DNA of 64,000 nt from an uncultured cyanobacterium (GCA_963710605.1 CAVQBA010000001.1:288001-352000); one strand, 5' to 3'. Counted from the stretch's first letter, positions 10,985 to 22,316 are shown. Notes: generated by a model from the letters alone, not told the origin. A program made the numbers and translations.

Positions 10985-13900
10985 TTAACTATTAACTATT
11001 TTTATTTCTCGATTACGAATAACAAAAGCGGCTAATCTTAACCAATTACTAGTTTCCTCAGTAAAGTTTTCTGAAGGACTTTTGTTCCACATTGACTCAA
11101 CAAAATCAGCTAGTTTTACTTGAAATTCACTCAGTTTTGTTTTCTCCAAATTAGTTCTTCTTTCACTAAATGCTCTTATCCAAGGTAAAATTGCTTGTTT
11201 AGTGGGAATAGGATAATTTTTTAAATATTCTGATGTTACTTCAAAAATACTACTAGTTAAATCAAGGCTAATTAGTTGTCGCCAAGTGTCGAGAGTCTCA
11301 AATTTAGCGGTAGCTTTAAGGATATTACCGCTACCATAAATAACTCTGACTTGTAAAGCATCTTTTTGATATAATTCGTTATTATCGTTATATTCGTGTT
11401 GTTTGGCTTGCTCTTCGGCTTCCCATAAGTTTTCAAGTGCGATCGCCATTGGTACAGAATGATGAGCTATGGTGATGCCAAAACTAATACTTGCATTACC
11501 ACCCATAGTAAAAAGAGGACGAGCAGAAAGAGATTCTGGTAAGGGTTTGTGATTACCCCATTGCCAATAATCACCTTTATTCACAAACTCGTTTTGAGGA
11601 TCTTTTTTACCTTGAAAACATTGGCGTAAATCCCACAACCAACTATCCCATTCCCACAGATTGGTATAAGCGAGAACATCATCGCCACCACCATAAATTA
11701 GTCTTCCTGCATATCTTTCTTGGGTTAGATAGGGTACAAGTCGATTAGAAAAATCAAGTAAAGCACGGCTTAACGCACTATGAGTAGAGGGGCCCATTCT
11801 TTTAGTGGCGGTTAAAAATTCGCTCATGGATTGACGTAAGTTTTCTGGCATTTGAGCAATTTTAGCTTTTAACTGTTCAGGAATATAGTCGTTATAGGCT
11901 TTGAGTTTATTGCCTCGTAACCATTCCCCCATCCCATCACCATCACCTGCGGCTAAAATGTACCAATCAGTGGGATTATTACCAACTTGATAATGTTTGG
12001 TTATTTCAAGCCGTAGTTTAACTAATTCATTTTTTTTCGCTGTTAATATTTGTTGGCTTGAATTATCAGGAGTAGAAGGATTAAACTCGTCAATTAACCA
12101 ACCTGCATTTAACAAACGAGGATTTAACCATTTTGGTTGATGTTTGGCTATCCACGGAATACCCCAAGGTAAATTAGCGGGTGATTCTTGATTCTGATTT
12201 GCCCAAGGAAATTGATTGACTATACTTTGACAAGCTTGATGATAATAATCGATCGCTTCTTGGTCTTCATTTTCAGCTAAACTTCTTAAGTAACCTGCTA
12301 CACCCGAACTTAAATCTGGATAAAGAATTGGTACTTTAGTATTTTCCAAGTTATCATTAGGATAAAGTTCAGCTAACAAAATTTGGTGTAAAACACGTTT
12401 GAGTATTTCACTAGGATTGAGTTGTTCAATGCCATCAAATAAACCTAAAGTTTCTGTCCAAAATTGACGTGTCTCTCCTTCTGTAACCCATTCTGTTTGA
12501 TTCTGAGCCATTACGGGGTGAGCTACTGAACCAATTCCTGAGATAGTCGATTGAGGTGCAAAACAAGTTGGTATTTTCCAGTTACGAGCATTTTTTACTG
12601 CATTTAAACTATAACGTAACTGATCAAATGTACTTGCCCACCATGAACCAACATTAAGATTAGATTTTTGATTGCTATTTTGTTGTTGACAAAAGACAAA
12701 AACTGCTTCTAAAAATTGTTGTTCTGAATTTAAAAATAATCCAGGTTGAGGATTAGCGTAATTGTTTTGTTGTTGAATCCATTGATTATATTCTGTTGCT
12801 TCTAGATTAGAGACAGTTGCTGATTTTTGAGGTTGAAAAGATACACTTAATTGTTCGATATCAGGATTACCCATCGGGATAGAAACCCAATAACTTTGCC
12901 ATTGTGCTTTTAACCAACTATTCCATACAGGTAAATTAATCTCTTGCCATTGCTTACCTTGATGTCTGTTTTGAATAAAAGTTAAGACTACATCACCTAA
13001 TTTTTGCCATTCTTTTTTAAGGGTATTATCAGCATATTCCATCGCCGCTTTGACTGGATTGTTTTTGATGGTATTTTCATCTTTACCATTATTGGGTAAT
13101 ATCATAACTAAAACATTGGGAAATCCTGCGGTTAAAATTGATTCGGTGGCTGGTTTTTTAATCCATTGAGCAAAATCAGGATATTTTTGTAATAACCAAT
13201 GATCGATTAATGGTTGTTCATACAGACAAGGATACAATAAGGTATCAGCACCATATTTAAAAGCGATCGCCCAGGCTACTTTTGCACTAAGATAATGCAA
13301 TAACCACGAACCCGCCCAAAAATCACGCATCTTCCGACTAGCTTTAATTAATTCTTGTACTGGGCTAAAACTAAAGGTAGTTAGATAAGGGCGAGATTGT
13401 TCAAATTCTTCAGTTTCTGTTTGGGGATATTGGTTTTCATCATTATAATAACCTGCTAATCCACCTGCGATAGCGGAAGTCATCGTCACCTGACTCCAAA
13501 TAGAAGCATCTGGTAATTTAGTTTCTGCGGGTAACAGATGAATATTAGCTTCTTGCCCCGCAATGATTTCGGGATAACACCGCCATAACCACCAATGAAC
13601 TTTTTGGGGATTTTGCCAATCTTTAATTTGATTTAAGGCATTTCTTTGGATATTTTCTAAAAATTGCGGTTGTGTATTGTCGATTAATTTATCATGCCAA
13701 TTATCACAAATAACTTGTTGTGGCTTCCCTGAGAGTAGATGATGGACGGCTATTCCTGCGTCATTATATTTGACTTCACTATATTCATTCGGTAATTTAT
13801 CTATAGTAGTACGATCGCTTGCCGAAGCAATTGATTCAGATAAACCAATTCTTGTTAGCCATTCTTGATTAAAATTATGCGGTTGAGTTTGAGTATTTTG

Positions 13901-14038
13901 AGTAGGAGATACCCAATCAGTCATACAAGCGAGTATTTTCCAAAGTTCAGATGTTTGACCATTACTACTAGATGAATTTTTAAGTAATGGTTGATGAAGC
14001 AATCCCCAAATTTTAGCTTGCCAGTAAGCTTTTGTCAC
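10985..14038 (-). CDS. cmr2: Cas10/Cmr2, type III-B
   Basis: FSPVQELIKASRKMRDFWAGSWLL, GDGDGMG and YGGGDDV palm motifs. Confidence 0.96.
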   Translation of the reverse strand: MTKAYWQAKIWGLLHQPLLKNSSSSNGQTSELWKILACMTDWVSPTQNTQTQPHNFNQEWLTRIGLSESIASASDRTTIDKLPNEYSEVKYNDAGIAVHHLLSGKPQQVICDNWHDKLIDNTQPQFLENIQRNALNQIKDWQNPQKVHWWLWRCYPEIIAGQEANIHLLPAETKLPDASIWSQVTMTSAIAGGLAGYYNDENQYPQTETEEFEQSRPYLTTFSFSPVQELIKASRKMRDFWAGSWLLHYLSAKVAWAIAFKYGADTLLYPCLYEQPLIDHWLLQKYPDFAQWIKKPATESILTAGFPNVLVMILPNNGKDENTIKNNPVKAAMEYADNTLKKEWQKLGDVVLTFIQNRHQGKQWQEINLPVWNSWLKAQWQSYWVSIPMGNPDIEQLSVSFQPQKSATVSNLEATEYNQWIQQQNNYANPQPGLFLNSEQQFLEAVFVFCQQQNSNQKSNLNVGSWWASTFDQLRYSLNAVKNARNWKIPTCFAPQSTISGIGSVAHPVMAQNQTEWVTEGETRQFWTETLGLFDGIEQLNPSEILKRVLHQILLAELYPNDNLENTKVPILYPDLSSGVAGYLRSLAENEDQEAIDYYHQACQSIVNQFPWANQNQESPANLPWGIPWIAKHQPKWLNPRLLNAGWLIDEFNPSTPDNSSQQILTAKKNELVKLRLEITKHYQVGNNPTDWYILAAGDGDGMGEWLRGNKLKAYNDYIPEQLKAKIAQMPENLRQSMSEFLTATKRMGPSTHSALSRALLDFSNRLVPYLTQERYAGRLIYGGGDDVLAYTNLWEWDSWLWDLRQCFQGKKDPQNEFVNKGDYWQWGNHKPLPESLSARPLFTMGGNASISFGITIAHHSVPMAIALENLWEAEEQAKQHEYNDNNELYQKDALQVRVIYGSGNILKATAKFETLDTWRQLISLDLTSSIFEVTSEYLKNYPIPTKQAILPWIRAFSERRTNLEKTKLSEFQVKLADFVESMWNKSPSENFTEETSNWLRLAAFVIRNREIKIVNS

Positions 14039-14269
14039 AATTTATTTTGATTGATAATTTCTAATAATTTAATTTAACCAATTATTTCGTTGTCTGTCAC
14101 GAAAAAGAAAATATTATCTTTTTTTTCTTTGGTTGGTTTAAGCATAGATTATATCTAAGTTATTTTACTCTTCTGATTAACTTTATAAATATTATCTTTT
14201 TAAAGAATATCGCAATAATAATTAGCAATAATAACAACATATTTATCTTCCATCACCGAATTACTATAA

Positions 14270-14566
14270 ATGAATATCTCTTCGCAAGGAACATTAATCA
14301 AGAATATTTCGATTGCTTTTTTTAATGGTTTAATCACCTTAATCTTATTACTAATCGCCCCTTTAGGACTTGCTACCGTAATTTTTAATACCCTAGCTAT
14401 TACAATATCTAGTTTTGCAGTAGCAACTTTATTTGACAAAATTACTGAGTGGTTAATTACCTCAGCCCGATTAAAAACTTTAGATAAATCTTTATCTAAT
14501 CATCCAATACCTGATAATTTGTTACCGAATCCTGACAAAAACAAGATTGACAGAATAGATAGATAA
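14270..14566 (+). CDS. csx18: Csx18-like small membrane protein
   Basis: NGLITLILLLIAPLGLA, two TM helices, immediately upstream of cas1 as in cyanobacterial III-B variant loci. Confidence 0.75.
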   Translation: MNISSQGTLIKNISIAFFNGLITLILLLIAPLGLATVIFNTLAITISSFAVATLFDKITEWLITSARLKTLDKSLSNHPIPDNLLPNPDKNKIDRIDR

Positions 14567-14576
14567 AACAACAATA

Positions 14577-15569
14577 ATGCAAACTTTATACGTTTCTACA
14601 CAAGGGTGTTATTTATGTCTAGAAAAAGAATTAATCGTCATCAAAAAACAAGGTGAAATCTTAAATAAAGCCCAATTACCATTACTCGAACAGATTTTAA
14701 TTTTTGGTCAATCTCATTTAACTACCCAAGCTATTCGGGCTTGTTTGTTTTTTAATATTCCCATTGTTTATCTTTCTCGCATGGGTTATTGTTATGGACG
14801 TACGATCGCAATCGATCGAGGTTATCGTCAGTTAGCTCGTTATCAACAACAAGTTACTTTAGTTGATAAATTAATTGTTGCCCGTCAGATTGTTACGGGA
14901 AAATTAAACAATTGTAAAATAATTTTACAAAGACAACAAAGAAAAAAGTCACATTTAGAATTAAATAAAGCAATTCAAAGTTTAGATCATCTTAAAAAAC
15001 AAGTTGCTAATGCCGAACAAATCGATCGTTTGATGGGTTACGAAGGTGCAGGGGCGGCAATTTATTTTCCTGCTTTCGGAAAATGTATTAGTAACACTGA
15101 TTTTTTATTTTATCATCGCTCTCGTCGCCCTCCTACTAACGAAATTAACGCCCTACTTAGTTTTGGTTATCAAATATTATGGAATCACTTATTTGCTTTG
15201 ATTGAAATACAAGGGTTAGATCCGTATTATGGTTGTTTACACCAAGATTCAACAGGTCATGCAGTTTTAGCTTCTGATTTGATTGAAGAATTTAGGGCAA
15301 GTATTGTTGATTCTCTGGTTTTATATTTAGTTAATAAAAAAATCATCAAAGCCGAAACAGATTTTGTTTTTCGTGATGGTGGTTGTTTTCTCAGTGACTT
15401 AGGTAGAAGAAAATACCTTCGTGCTTTTTTAACTAGGATGGAAGAAACAGTAACTAATGATAAGCAAGAAAAGTTACCTCGCTGGGAATTGTTGATGCAA
15501 CAGGTAAGAAAAATCAAACAATTTTTTTATCATCCCATCAATGGTTATCAACCTTATTTGCTTAAGTAA
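14577..15569 (+). CDS. cas1: CRISPR-associated endonuclease Cas1 (unfused)
   Basis: MGYEGAGAAIYF, RRPPTNEINALLSFGY and LASDLIEEFR motifs. Confidence 0.97.
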   Translation: MQTLYVSTQGCYLCLEKELIVIKKQGEILNKAQLPLLEQILIFGQSHLTTQAIRACLFFNIPIVYLSRMGYCYGRTIAIDRGYRQLARYQQQVTLVDKLIVARQIVTGKLNNCKIILQRQQRKKSHLELNKAIQSLDHLKKQVANAEQIDRLMGYEGAGAAIYFPAFGKCISNTDFLFYHRSRRPPTNEINALLSFGYQILWNHLFALIEIQGLDPYYGCLHQDSTGHAVLASDLIEEFRASIVDSLVLYLVNKKIIKAETDFVFRDGGCFLSDLGRRKYLRAFLTRMEETVTNDKQEKLPRWELLMQQVRKIKQFFYHPINGYQPYLLK

Positions 15570-15571
15570 CT

Positions 15572-15856
15572 TTGATTTTGTTTTATTTAATTTGTTACGA
15601 CATACCTGATGATAAAAGGAGGAAAAAAATCGCCGCTCTTCTTGAAGGTTATGGGGAGAGGGTTCAATATAGTGTTTTTGAGTGTAATTTAAAAACCAAA
15701 CAATATCGAGTGTTACAAATCAGACTGCGAAAAATATTCAATCCAGAAAAAGATAATCTCAGATTTTATCCTATTTCTACTCATACTTTTGCTCAAATAG
15801 AAGTTTGGGGAGTCGCTGTTGAGGTTACTTCTCCTGCTGATTCGATTATTATTTGA
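15572..15856 (+). CDS. cas2: CRISPR-associated Cas2
   Basis: ICYDIPDDKRR and RVQYSVFEC motifs. Confidence 0.96.
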   Translation: MILFYLICYDIPDDKRRKKIAALLEGYGERVQYSVFECNLKTKQYRVLQIRLRKIFNPEKDNLRFYPISTHTFAQIEVWGVAVEVTSPADSIII

Positions 15857-15859
15857 ATA

Positions 15860-16044
15860 TATTGTGATGACTATCATTGAATAATCTCTTAAACCTACCA
15901 ATATCGTTTTAACCCTCGCTCTCCCTATCAATGGGGTTTTTAGCTATTTTTACTTGCCTATTTTCATCTTTGCTTCTACAATATTTCTATCGCTCGGAAA
16001 TGGCTTCTGCAATTATTGCTAGATATAACTTTGACGATCGAACC
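15860..16044 (+). promoter_or_regulatory. CRISPR leader
   Basis: Non-coding AT-rich region between cas2 and repeat 1; homologous to 3640-3758. Confidence 0.8.
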
Positions 16045-18683
16045 CTCTGCCTTCGTGGTGGAAACTACTTGAATTGAAACAGTTGAATCTAAAAGTCTTT
16101 ACTTGTTAGACTAGATCTCTGCCTTCGTGGTGGAAACTACTTGAATTGAAACCTTTCAATAATATGTTCGAACTAATTTCTAATAAACTCTGCCTTCGTG
16201 GTGGAAACTACTTGAATTGAAACTTCTCGAACTAGCAATCCATCAGCTCTGCCTTCGTGGTGGAAACTACTTGAATTGAAACAAAAAAAGCAGTCTATGT
16301 GCTTAAACTCTGCCTTCGTGGTGGAAACTACTTGAATTGAAACGTTGAGTATAGATCTACTAAACTATAATTGTATAATCATATCGCCGAGGGGAGAATC
16401 TCTGCCTTCGTGGTGGAAACTACTTGAATTGAAACTTCCTTTCCCTGTAAAAGGAGCAGTCTGCTTCACTGAATGTGCTCTGCCTTCGTGGTGGAAACTA
16501 CTTGAATTGAAACACGTTTAAATACCCAATAATACCAGTGCAGTTAAACGCCTCTGCCTTCGTGGTGGAAACTACTTGAATTGAAACTTTGTTTCACTCA
16601 GTTTTACTCGTAGGTGTCCTTCCTCCTGCTCTGCCTTCGTGGTGGAAACTACTTGAATTGAAACTCAACGGTATAAGTCCATTCTTTAGATATCTGATTT
16701 TCTCTGCCTTCGTGGTGGAAACTACTTGAATTGAAACTTCAGCTAGATTAGTTACTTCAGTAGCATCTGTACTAACTCTGCCTTCGTGGTGGAAACTACT
16801 TGAATTGAAACGCTAAGCCACTAAACTCTTAACATAAAACCAACTTAACTCTCTGCCTTCGTGGTGGAAACTACTTGAATTGAAACTGTTCGCTTATAGA
16901 ATGTCTCTTCCATATATATTGGCTCTGCCTTCGTGGTGGAAACTACTTGAATTGAAACACAACATGACTGCTAGTGGGTGCTCTACTAAATCATGTCTTA
17001 CTCTGCCTTCGTGGTGGAAACTACTTGAATTGAAACATGTCGGGGACAATGCCCAACTAAGAGCTGTTAAACTCTGCCTTCGTGGTGGAAACTACTTGAA
17101 TTGAAACTAAGGCTTCTAAAGATATAGCTATAGATTGGTTTATTTCCCTCTGCCTTCGTGGTGGAAACTACTTGAATTGAAACAACAGTTAATTGTTCTA
17201 CTAAAGACTCTTTAATAGTCTCTGCCTTCGTGGTGGAAACTACTTGAATTGAAACAATCCGAGTTGACCGAACAGGAAATTCACTGCCCACATACTCTGC
17301 CTTCGTGGTGGAAACTACTTGAATTGAAACAGCTTCCCAATTACCATTTCAAAATCTTTTCTGACTCTGCCTTCGTGGTGGAAACTACTTGAATTGAAAC
17401 AAAAGAATTTTATCCTCTCCTAAATTAGAGGTCAATTTCTCTGCCTTCGTGGTGGAAACTACTTGAATTGAAACGAGAATGCAATTGTTGTCAAGAGCAT
17501 CCCGACAATGCTCTGCCTTCGTGGTGGAAACTACTTGAATTGAAACCAAAGAAGTATTTTACATACAATCTAGAGACTTCTCTCTGCCTTCGTGGTGGAA
17601 ACTACTTGAATTGAAACCTTAGGCATTTCTAAATGTTGGATGCCTATAGCTAAAACTCTGCCTTCGTGGTGGAAACTACTTGAATTGAAACATAAAAGTA
17701 TTTTCTTTAAATGTGCATTCATTAAATGCTCTGCCTTCGTGGTGGAAACTACTTGAATTGAAACTGGTATAGCTTTGGGGTTGACGGCGGTAGCTTTATC
17801 CTCTGCCTTCGTGGTGGAAACTACTTGAATTGAAACTTATTTTGGCGAGAGAATTCCTCCTCAATTAGCTTGAACCTCTGCCTTCGTGGTGGAAACTACT
17901 TGAATTGAAACCTATTTGGTCTGTATTCATGTTCGTTGTACTAACGATGACCGTCTCTGCCTTCGTGGTGGAAACTACTTGAATTGAAACCGCACTGTAA
18001 GGTATAGGACCTGTTTTAGAATTTTGCTCTGCCTTCGTGGTGGAAACTACTTGAATTGAAACGTGACAATCTCTGGATTAAAGGCATAAATCCCTCCTAC
18101 TCTGCCTTCGTGGTGGAAACTACTTGAATTGAAACATGGCAAATCTGATTGCTTTGTGTCGTACATCTTTCTCTGCCTTCGTGGTGGAAACTACTTGAAT
18201 TGAAACCTAGTGCTAGTGTCAGTAATATTGCGATAAGACCTCTGCCTTCGTGGTGGAAACTACTTGAATTGAAACCTAAATAACTTATCGGAAGTCGTGC
18301 CGTAAATAATTCTCTGCCTTCGTGGTGGAAACTACTTGAATTGAAACATTGTTTTGTAGTCGTTTGAAAAAAGTTCGTTAATCTCTGCCTTCGTGGTGGA
18401 AACTACTTGAATTGAAACTAGTTTGTTTACCTGATTCTTCAGAGCTTTTTACTCTGCCTTCGTGGTGGAAACTACTTGAATTGAAACTCATTTGCTTCGG
18501 TCGCACGCTTCCTTAAATCATCTCTGCCTTCGTGGTGGAAACTACTTGAATTGAAACCAACTACAAGAGGTAGTCTCTGCCTTCGTGGTGGAAACTACTT
18601 GAATTGAAACGTCAAAACAATTACTTTTCCCCCGTACATTTTAGTAGCTCTGCCTTCGTGGTGGAAACTACTTGAATTGAAAC
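16045..18683 (+). CRISPR. CRISPR array: 37 identical 36-bp repeats, 36 spacers
   Basis: Repeat CTCTGCCTTCGTGGTGGAAACTACTTGAATTGAAAC with ATTGAAAC 3' end; spacers mostly 33-43 bp (hand count). Confidence 0.99.
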
Positions 18684-18838
18684 GTTTGGATATTGAATGA
18701 ACCCAACGGGGGTTCAATGCTGAGCCTCTACTGGCTTTCACCTTAGCTGTACTAACTACTTTACCGCTACTAAAAGTTGAGATTGAGGGTATTGAGTATT
18801 TTCGATCGTATTCAAGCAAAAACCAGCGAATATAGCAA

Positions 18839-20077
18839 TCAATCGATCGATATATCATAATGCCCACAAGAGTTTTTAATTTCTTGTATATGTTCATTTC
18901 TTAAAGACAAAGGATAGATAACCTCAACACTACCGCCGTATCTTTGTAACCAAAAACGAAATTCTTTTAACGATCGTGAAGGCAAGTTAATAGAATAATC
19001 AAGATAAATTAGCTTACCATATTCATTTTTGATTTGTTTGATTGTTTGTTTGGGATGTCTTAATTCACCTTCTAGAATAAAATCGCATACAGGAGGATAA
19101 AATCTAACTTTAATTTTTTCTAACTTTAATTTTTTGTCTAACTCTTGTTTTTGAGCTTCTAAGTTACCTAAATTTAATCCCCAACCGTTACTTAATAATT
19201 TATTAGCTTTTTTAAGACTTTCTTGTTGAGCTTTTGTGTCTCTACCAACGGCAGAAATGACTCGATAATAATTAGCAAAACGACTAATTCTACCGATAAT
19301 CAGTTGGTTGTTTTGGCTATTTTCGTAAAGTAAATACCAAGAAATATTATAGTAAATTAATTGTAGGGGTATGACTTGCTCTAAACCAATTTTTGGCTTT
19401 TTTGGTTGTTGGTTATAAAGATCAGATTTTCTTGATATTTGAATAGTTTGACCAAGTGCGATCGCTTCTTCTAATTGAGGAATATAATGAAATAAAGTCT
19501 GACGATTCTGACTCTTATTCATCATCTGTAGAGGGTCAGTATATTCGATCGCTTGATTAAGATTACGACGAATAGGGTAGCTAAAATCACTCTGAGATTC
19601 AAACTCCAAACCACGAATCCGTTGAGTCAAAATGGTATAACATTCCCTAGCAAAAGTATCACCTTGATATATTGCCATGGATTCTAGTGCATCAAAAGCT
19701 ATTTTTAATTGTTGCTTATCCATCACACCTGTACCCAGATAATAACCCCAACGATACATTCTCGGTTCTAGAATACCAAAACCTTTGAGTATTTCTAAAT
19801 CTTTTCTTAATGTAGCAGTGGCAGGAAGAGGAAAATCAGCAACTAATTCATTCTCACCAGTTAAAAAATTATTATGTTGGCTTGATATTGATTTAGCTAT
19901 CACCACTATTCGCTGTCGTAACAAATCTAAGGCATTATGATGAATTTGGTTTTTTTGATTTTCTGTGTTTTCAAGGCAACCAATACCCGGATAATTAACC
20001 ATTGTCGTAATCAGTAACATCAATCTTTGAAATGATTTCAAATCACTATAACAATGTATCTGAGGTTTTTTAGCCAT
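18839..20077 (-). CDS. WYL-domain transcriptional regulator
   Basis: TLRKDLEIL HTH-like segment; PLQLIYYNISWYL; WCX-like C-terminus (YGGSVEVIYPLSLR). Confidence 0.9.
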   Translation of the reverse strand: MAKKPQIHCYSDLKSFQRLMLLITTMVNYPGIGCLENTENQKNQIHHNALDLLRQRIVVIAKSISSQHNNFLTGENELVADFPLPATATLRKDLEILKGFGILEPRMYRWGYYLGTGVMDKQQLKIAFDALESMAIYQGDTFARECYTILTQRIRGLEFESQSDFSYPIRRNLNQAIEYTDPLQMMNKSQNRQTLFHYIPQLEEAIALGQTIQISRKSDLYNQQPKKPKIGLEQVIPLQLIYYNISWYLLYENSQNNQLIIGRISRFANYYRVISAVGRDTKAQQESLKKANKLLSNGWGLNLGNLEAQKQELDKKLKLEKIKVRFYPPVCDFILEGELRHPKQTIKQIKNEYGKLIYLDYSINLPSRSLKEFRFWLQRYGGSVEVIYPLSLRNEHIQEIKNSCGHYDISID

Positions 20078-20343
20078 GATTGATTATTACCGAAATACTA
20101 TTTATACAACTAAATTAGCTAATTAAGACAGCTAAATCAACTTCAGTATCCCCCCTTAGTCCCCCCTTAGAAAAGGGGATTACCTAAGATGCCGAAGGCA
20201 GAGAGAGGGGTAAACGAGGGGTTAGGGGTGGTTAAACGTCTTAAGCCGCTGATTCGATCGCTATAAAACTGGTAATCGCTATATTTATCCTAAAATACAA
20301 AATGGTGAGCAATGCTCACCCTACAAGTTTTATCGATCGATTT

Positions 20344-21180
20344 TTAATCTTTAAACTCTTTGGGTAAAGGGGTAAGTTTTCCCGTCAATTGCCAATTGTT
20401 ATCAATCGCCATCTGTTTCAAATTATCAATTCTTTTTTCAGTCAAAGGATGAGTCGAAAAATATTCTGGTGTATGTTTACCATAACCTTCGGCATTAATT
20501 TTGGTGAAAAAACCCAAACTATCAGCACCATGTCCGTAATATGCAATTATAGTTGACATTGCTTGATAATCAGCGTTTTGTTCTTGTTTACGACTATAAT
20601 TCAAATGAGTTAAACTCCCAGTTGTCGAAACAATATCCGCTCCCTGAGAATTACCACCTACACCCAAAATGGTCGAAATAAATACCAAAAATATAGTCGA
20701 TCGACCATATACTTTAAAGGCATCACGAGCAGAAATATGAGCTAATTCGTGGGCTAAAACAAAAGCCAATTCGTTTTCTGATTCCACCGCATCTAGTAAA
20801 CCCGTCGTCACAAAAATATGTCCACCAGGAGTAACAAAAGCATTAATTTGCTCTATCTCTAATAAATGTACAGTAAGAGGTATTTGTGACTCTGGAGAGT
20901 TAGCCTGAGATAAAGAAGTGACAAGTTGAGTTAGATATGGCAAACGTGGATCATTTTTTATCGTTTTTTGGACAAAGTCTGAAGGTAACAAATGCTTACC
21001 TATTTTAACTTCTAATTCTAGACTAATACGAGTAGTAATTTGATCAGAAACTAATCCCAAAGCTAAGTAACCAAAGATGCTTACCCCCACAACTGTACCT
21101 AATAAATAAGCAAAATTTACTAGTGGATGCACGGGTGTAACGTTAACTTCTTCTTCAATCTCTTTGGGAATATATTTCAT
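20344..21180 (-). CDS. M48 family metallopeptidase
   Basis: NAFVTPGG, HELAH, YSRKQEQNAD and STHP motifs. Confidence 0.92.
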   Translation of the reverse strand: MKYIPKEIEEEVNVTPVHPLVNFAYLLGTVVGVSIFGYLALGLVSDQITTRISLELEVKIGKHLLPSDFVQKTIKNDPRLPYLTQLVTSLSQANSPESQIPLTVHLLEIEQINAFVTPGGHIFVTTGLLDAVESENELAFVLAHELAHISARDAFKVYGRSTIFLVFISTILGVGGNSQGADIVSTTGSLTHLNYSRKQEQNADYQAMSTIIAYYGHGADSLGFFTKINAEGYGKHTPEYFSTHPLTEKRIDNLKQMAIDNNWQLTGKLTPLPKEFKD

Positions 21181-21379
21181 TATTTTTGATAATTGATAAT
21201 TGATAATTGATAATTATTTTATTCTTTTTTATGGTTAGGTAAACCTTTTTTAAATTATTACTAACTTACAATTAACGATAACAATTTATCAATTAATTAT
21301 AGACTTTGTTATAAATAAATCGATCGTAGTCGTAAATAATATTAATTATGTACTTCACTTCTTTTTTTTATCGATTAAA

Positions 21380-21487
21380 TAATACCAAATTCAAAAAAGA
21401 AAAAGACAGATAAATCCCCCTAAATCCCCCTTTGTAAGGGGGACTTGCAAAAAAGCAACTGTAGCAAGTTTAATTTGAATTGGTATA
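21380..21487. mobile_element. MITE-like element enclosing a CCCCC...GGGGG hairpin
   Basis: Imperfect TIRs ATACCAAATTCAAA / TTTGAATTGGTAT. Confidence 0.5.
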
Positions 21488-21596
21488 ACCATTGAATTAA
21501 GGGTGCAAACCTTGCGACAACAAAATAAAACTGTTTATCGAAAAAAAGTTCCCCTCTTTACCGAAGGAGGGGTTAGGGGTGGTTTTAGCTTTTTTA

Positions 21597-22316
21597 TTAC
21601 TTACTCCCAAAACAATAATCTCGATATCCATTCATATATTCCATCGCCTCAGATACAGCCAAAGGATTAAGGTTACGTCTATTTTCAGGAAATCTTTGTA
21701 ATACCTCGGTAGGGGATAAATATACAGCACACCAAGAATAATTAAACTCTAATTGTGCTTCAACTAAAGACTTAATAAAATGAACGGTAAAATCATTAGG
21801 TAAAGCAAAAGCCGCTTGAGACAAATATTCTAAAGGTGATGTTTTCAACATCGATTCTGGGCTATTAAGTGTTAATGCTGATAAAGATAAATAGTTATCC
21901 ATCGCCAAGATATAACCATAGACAAATTTTTCTTCGGCAGTTAAATCTTTTACTTTCAAATCCTGAATACTTTGAAAACGTTTTTTCTTCATCAATGCTT
22001 GCAAAAACAATTCACCGTTATTTTGCCCATCATAATTCCAACTTAAACCATTAATCACGGCGGCTTTTTTATCAAGTGATGCACTGCTTAATAAAAAATC
22101 TGTCACTGTTTTATCCATCGTTTTAGTTTGTTTAACTTGATTGACAATCGATAAATTTTCGTAGCCAGAGGTTAAATCGGTAGATGTCAACGGGCTATCT
22201 GCTTTAACTGGGTTAGCAGTTAGTGATACCCAAACGACTATTACTGAGGTGATAGTCTTTAATTTTGTCCACGATTGCGCAGCGCCGGCTTCAGCCGATC
22301 GTTTAATTATGTTCAT
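21597..22316 (-). CDS. Hypothetical secreted protein
   Basis: 239-aa ORF with signal-like segment ending VKA-DSP. Confidence 0.7.
   Translation of the reverse strand: MNIIKRSAEAGAAQSWTKLKTITSVIVVWVSLTANPVKADSPLTSTDLTSGYENLSIVNQVKQTKTMDKTVTDFLLSSASLDKKAAVINGLSWNYDGQNNGELFLQALMKKKRFQSIQDLKVKDLTAEEKFVYGYILAMDNYLSLSALTLNSPESMLKTSPLEYLSQAAFALPNDFTVHFIKSLVEAQLEFNYSWCAVYLSPTEVLQRFPENRRNLNPLAVSEAMEYMNGYRDYCFGSK
22272..22301 (-). repeat. GC-rich 24-bp insertion at a CGATCG site
   Basis: CGATCGGCTGAAGCCGGCGCTGCGCAATCG; 29/30 identical to 52235-52264. Confidence 0.85.

Noticed and set aside
16081-18647. Self-targeting spacers within the window
   Set aside because: No match spotted by eye; not exhaustive, a genome-wide BLAST is needed
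18684-18765. Degenerate 38th repeat after the array
   Set aside because: Only short CTCT and AACTACTT matches with wrong spacing
16880-18897. ORFs 16880-17104, 17067-17291 and 18595-18897
   Set aside because: Translations of CRISPR repeats and spacers
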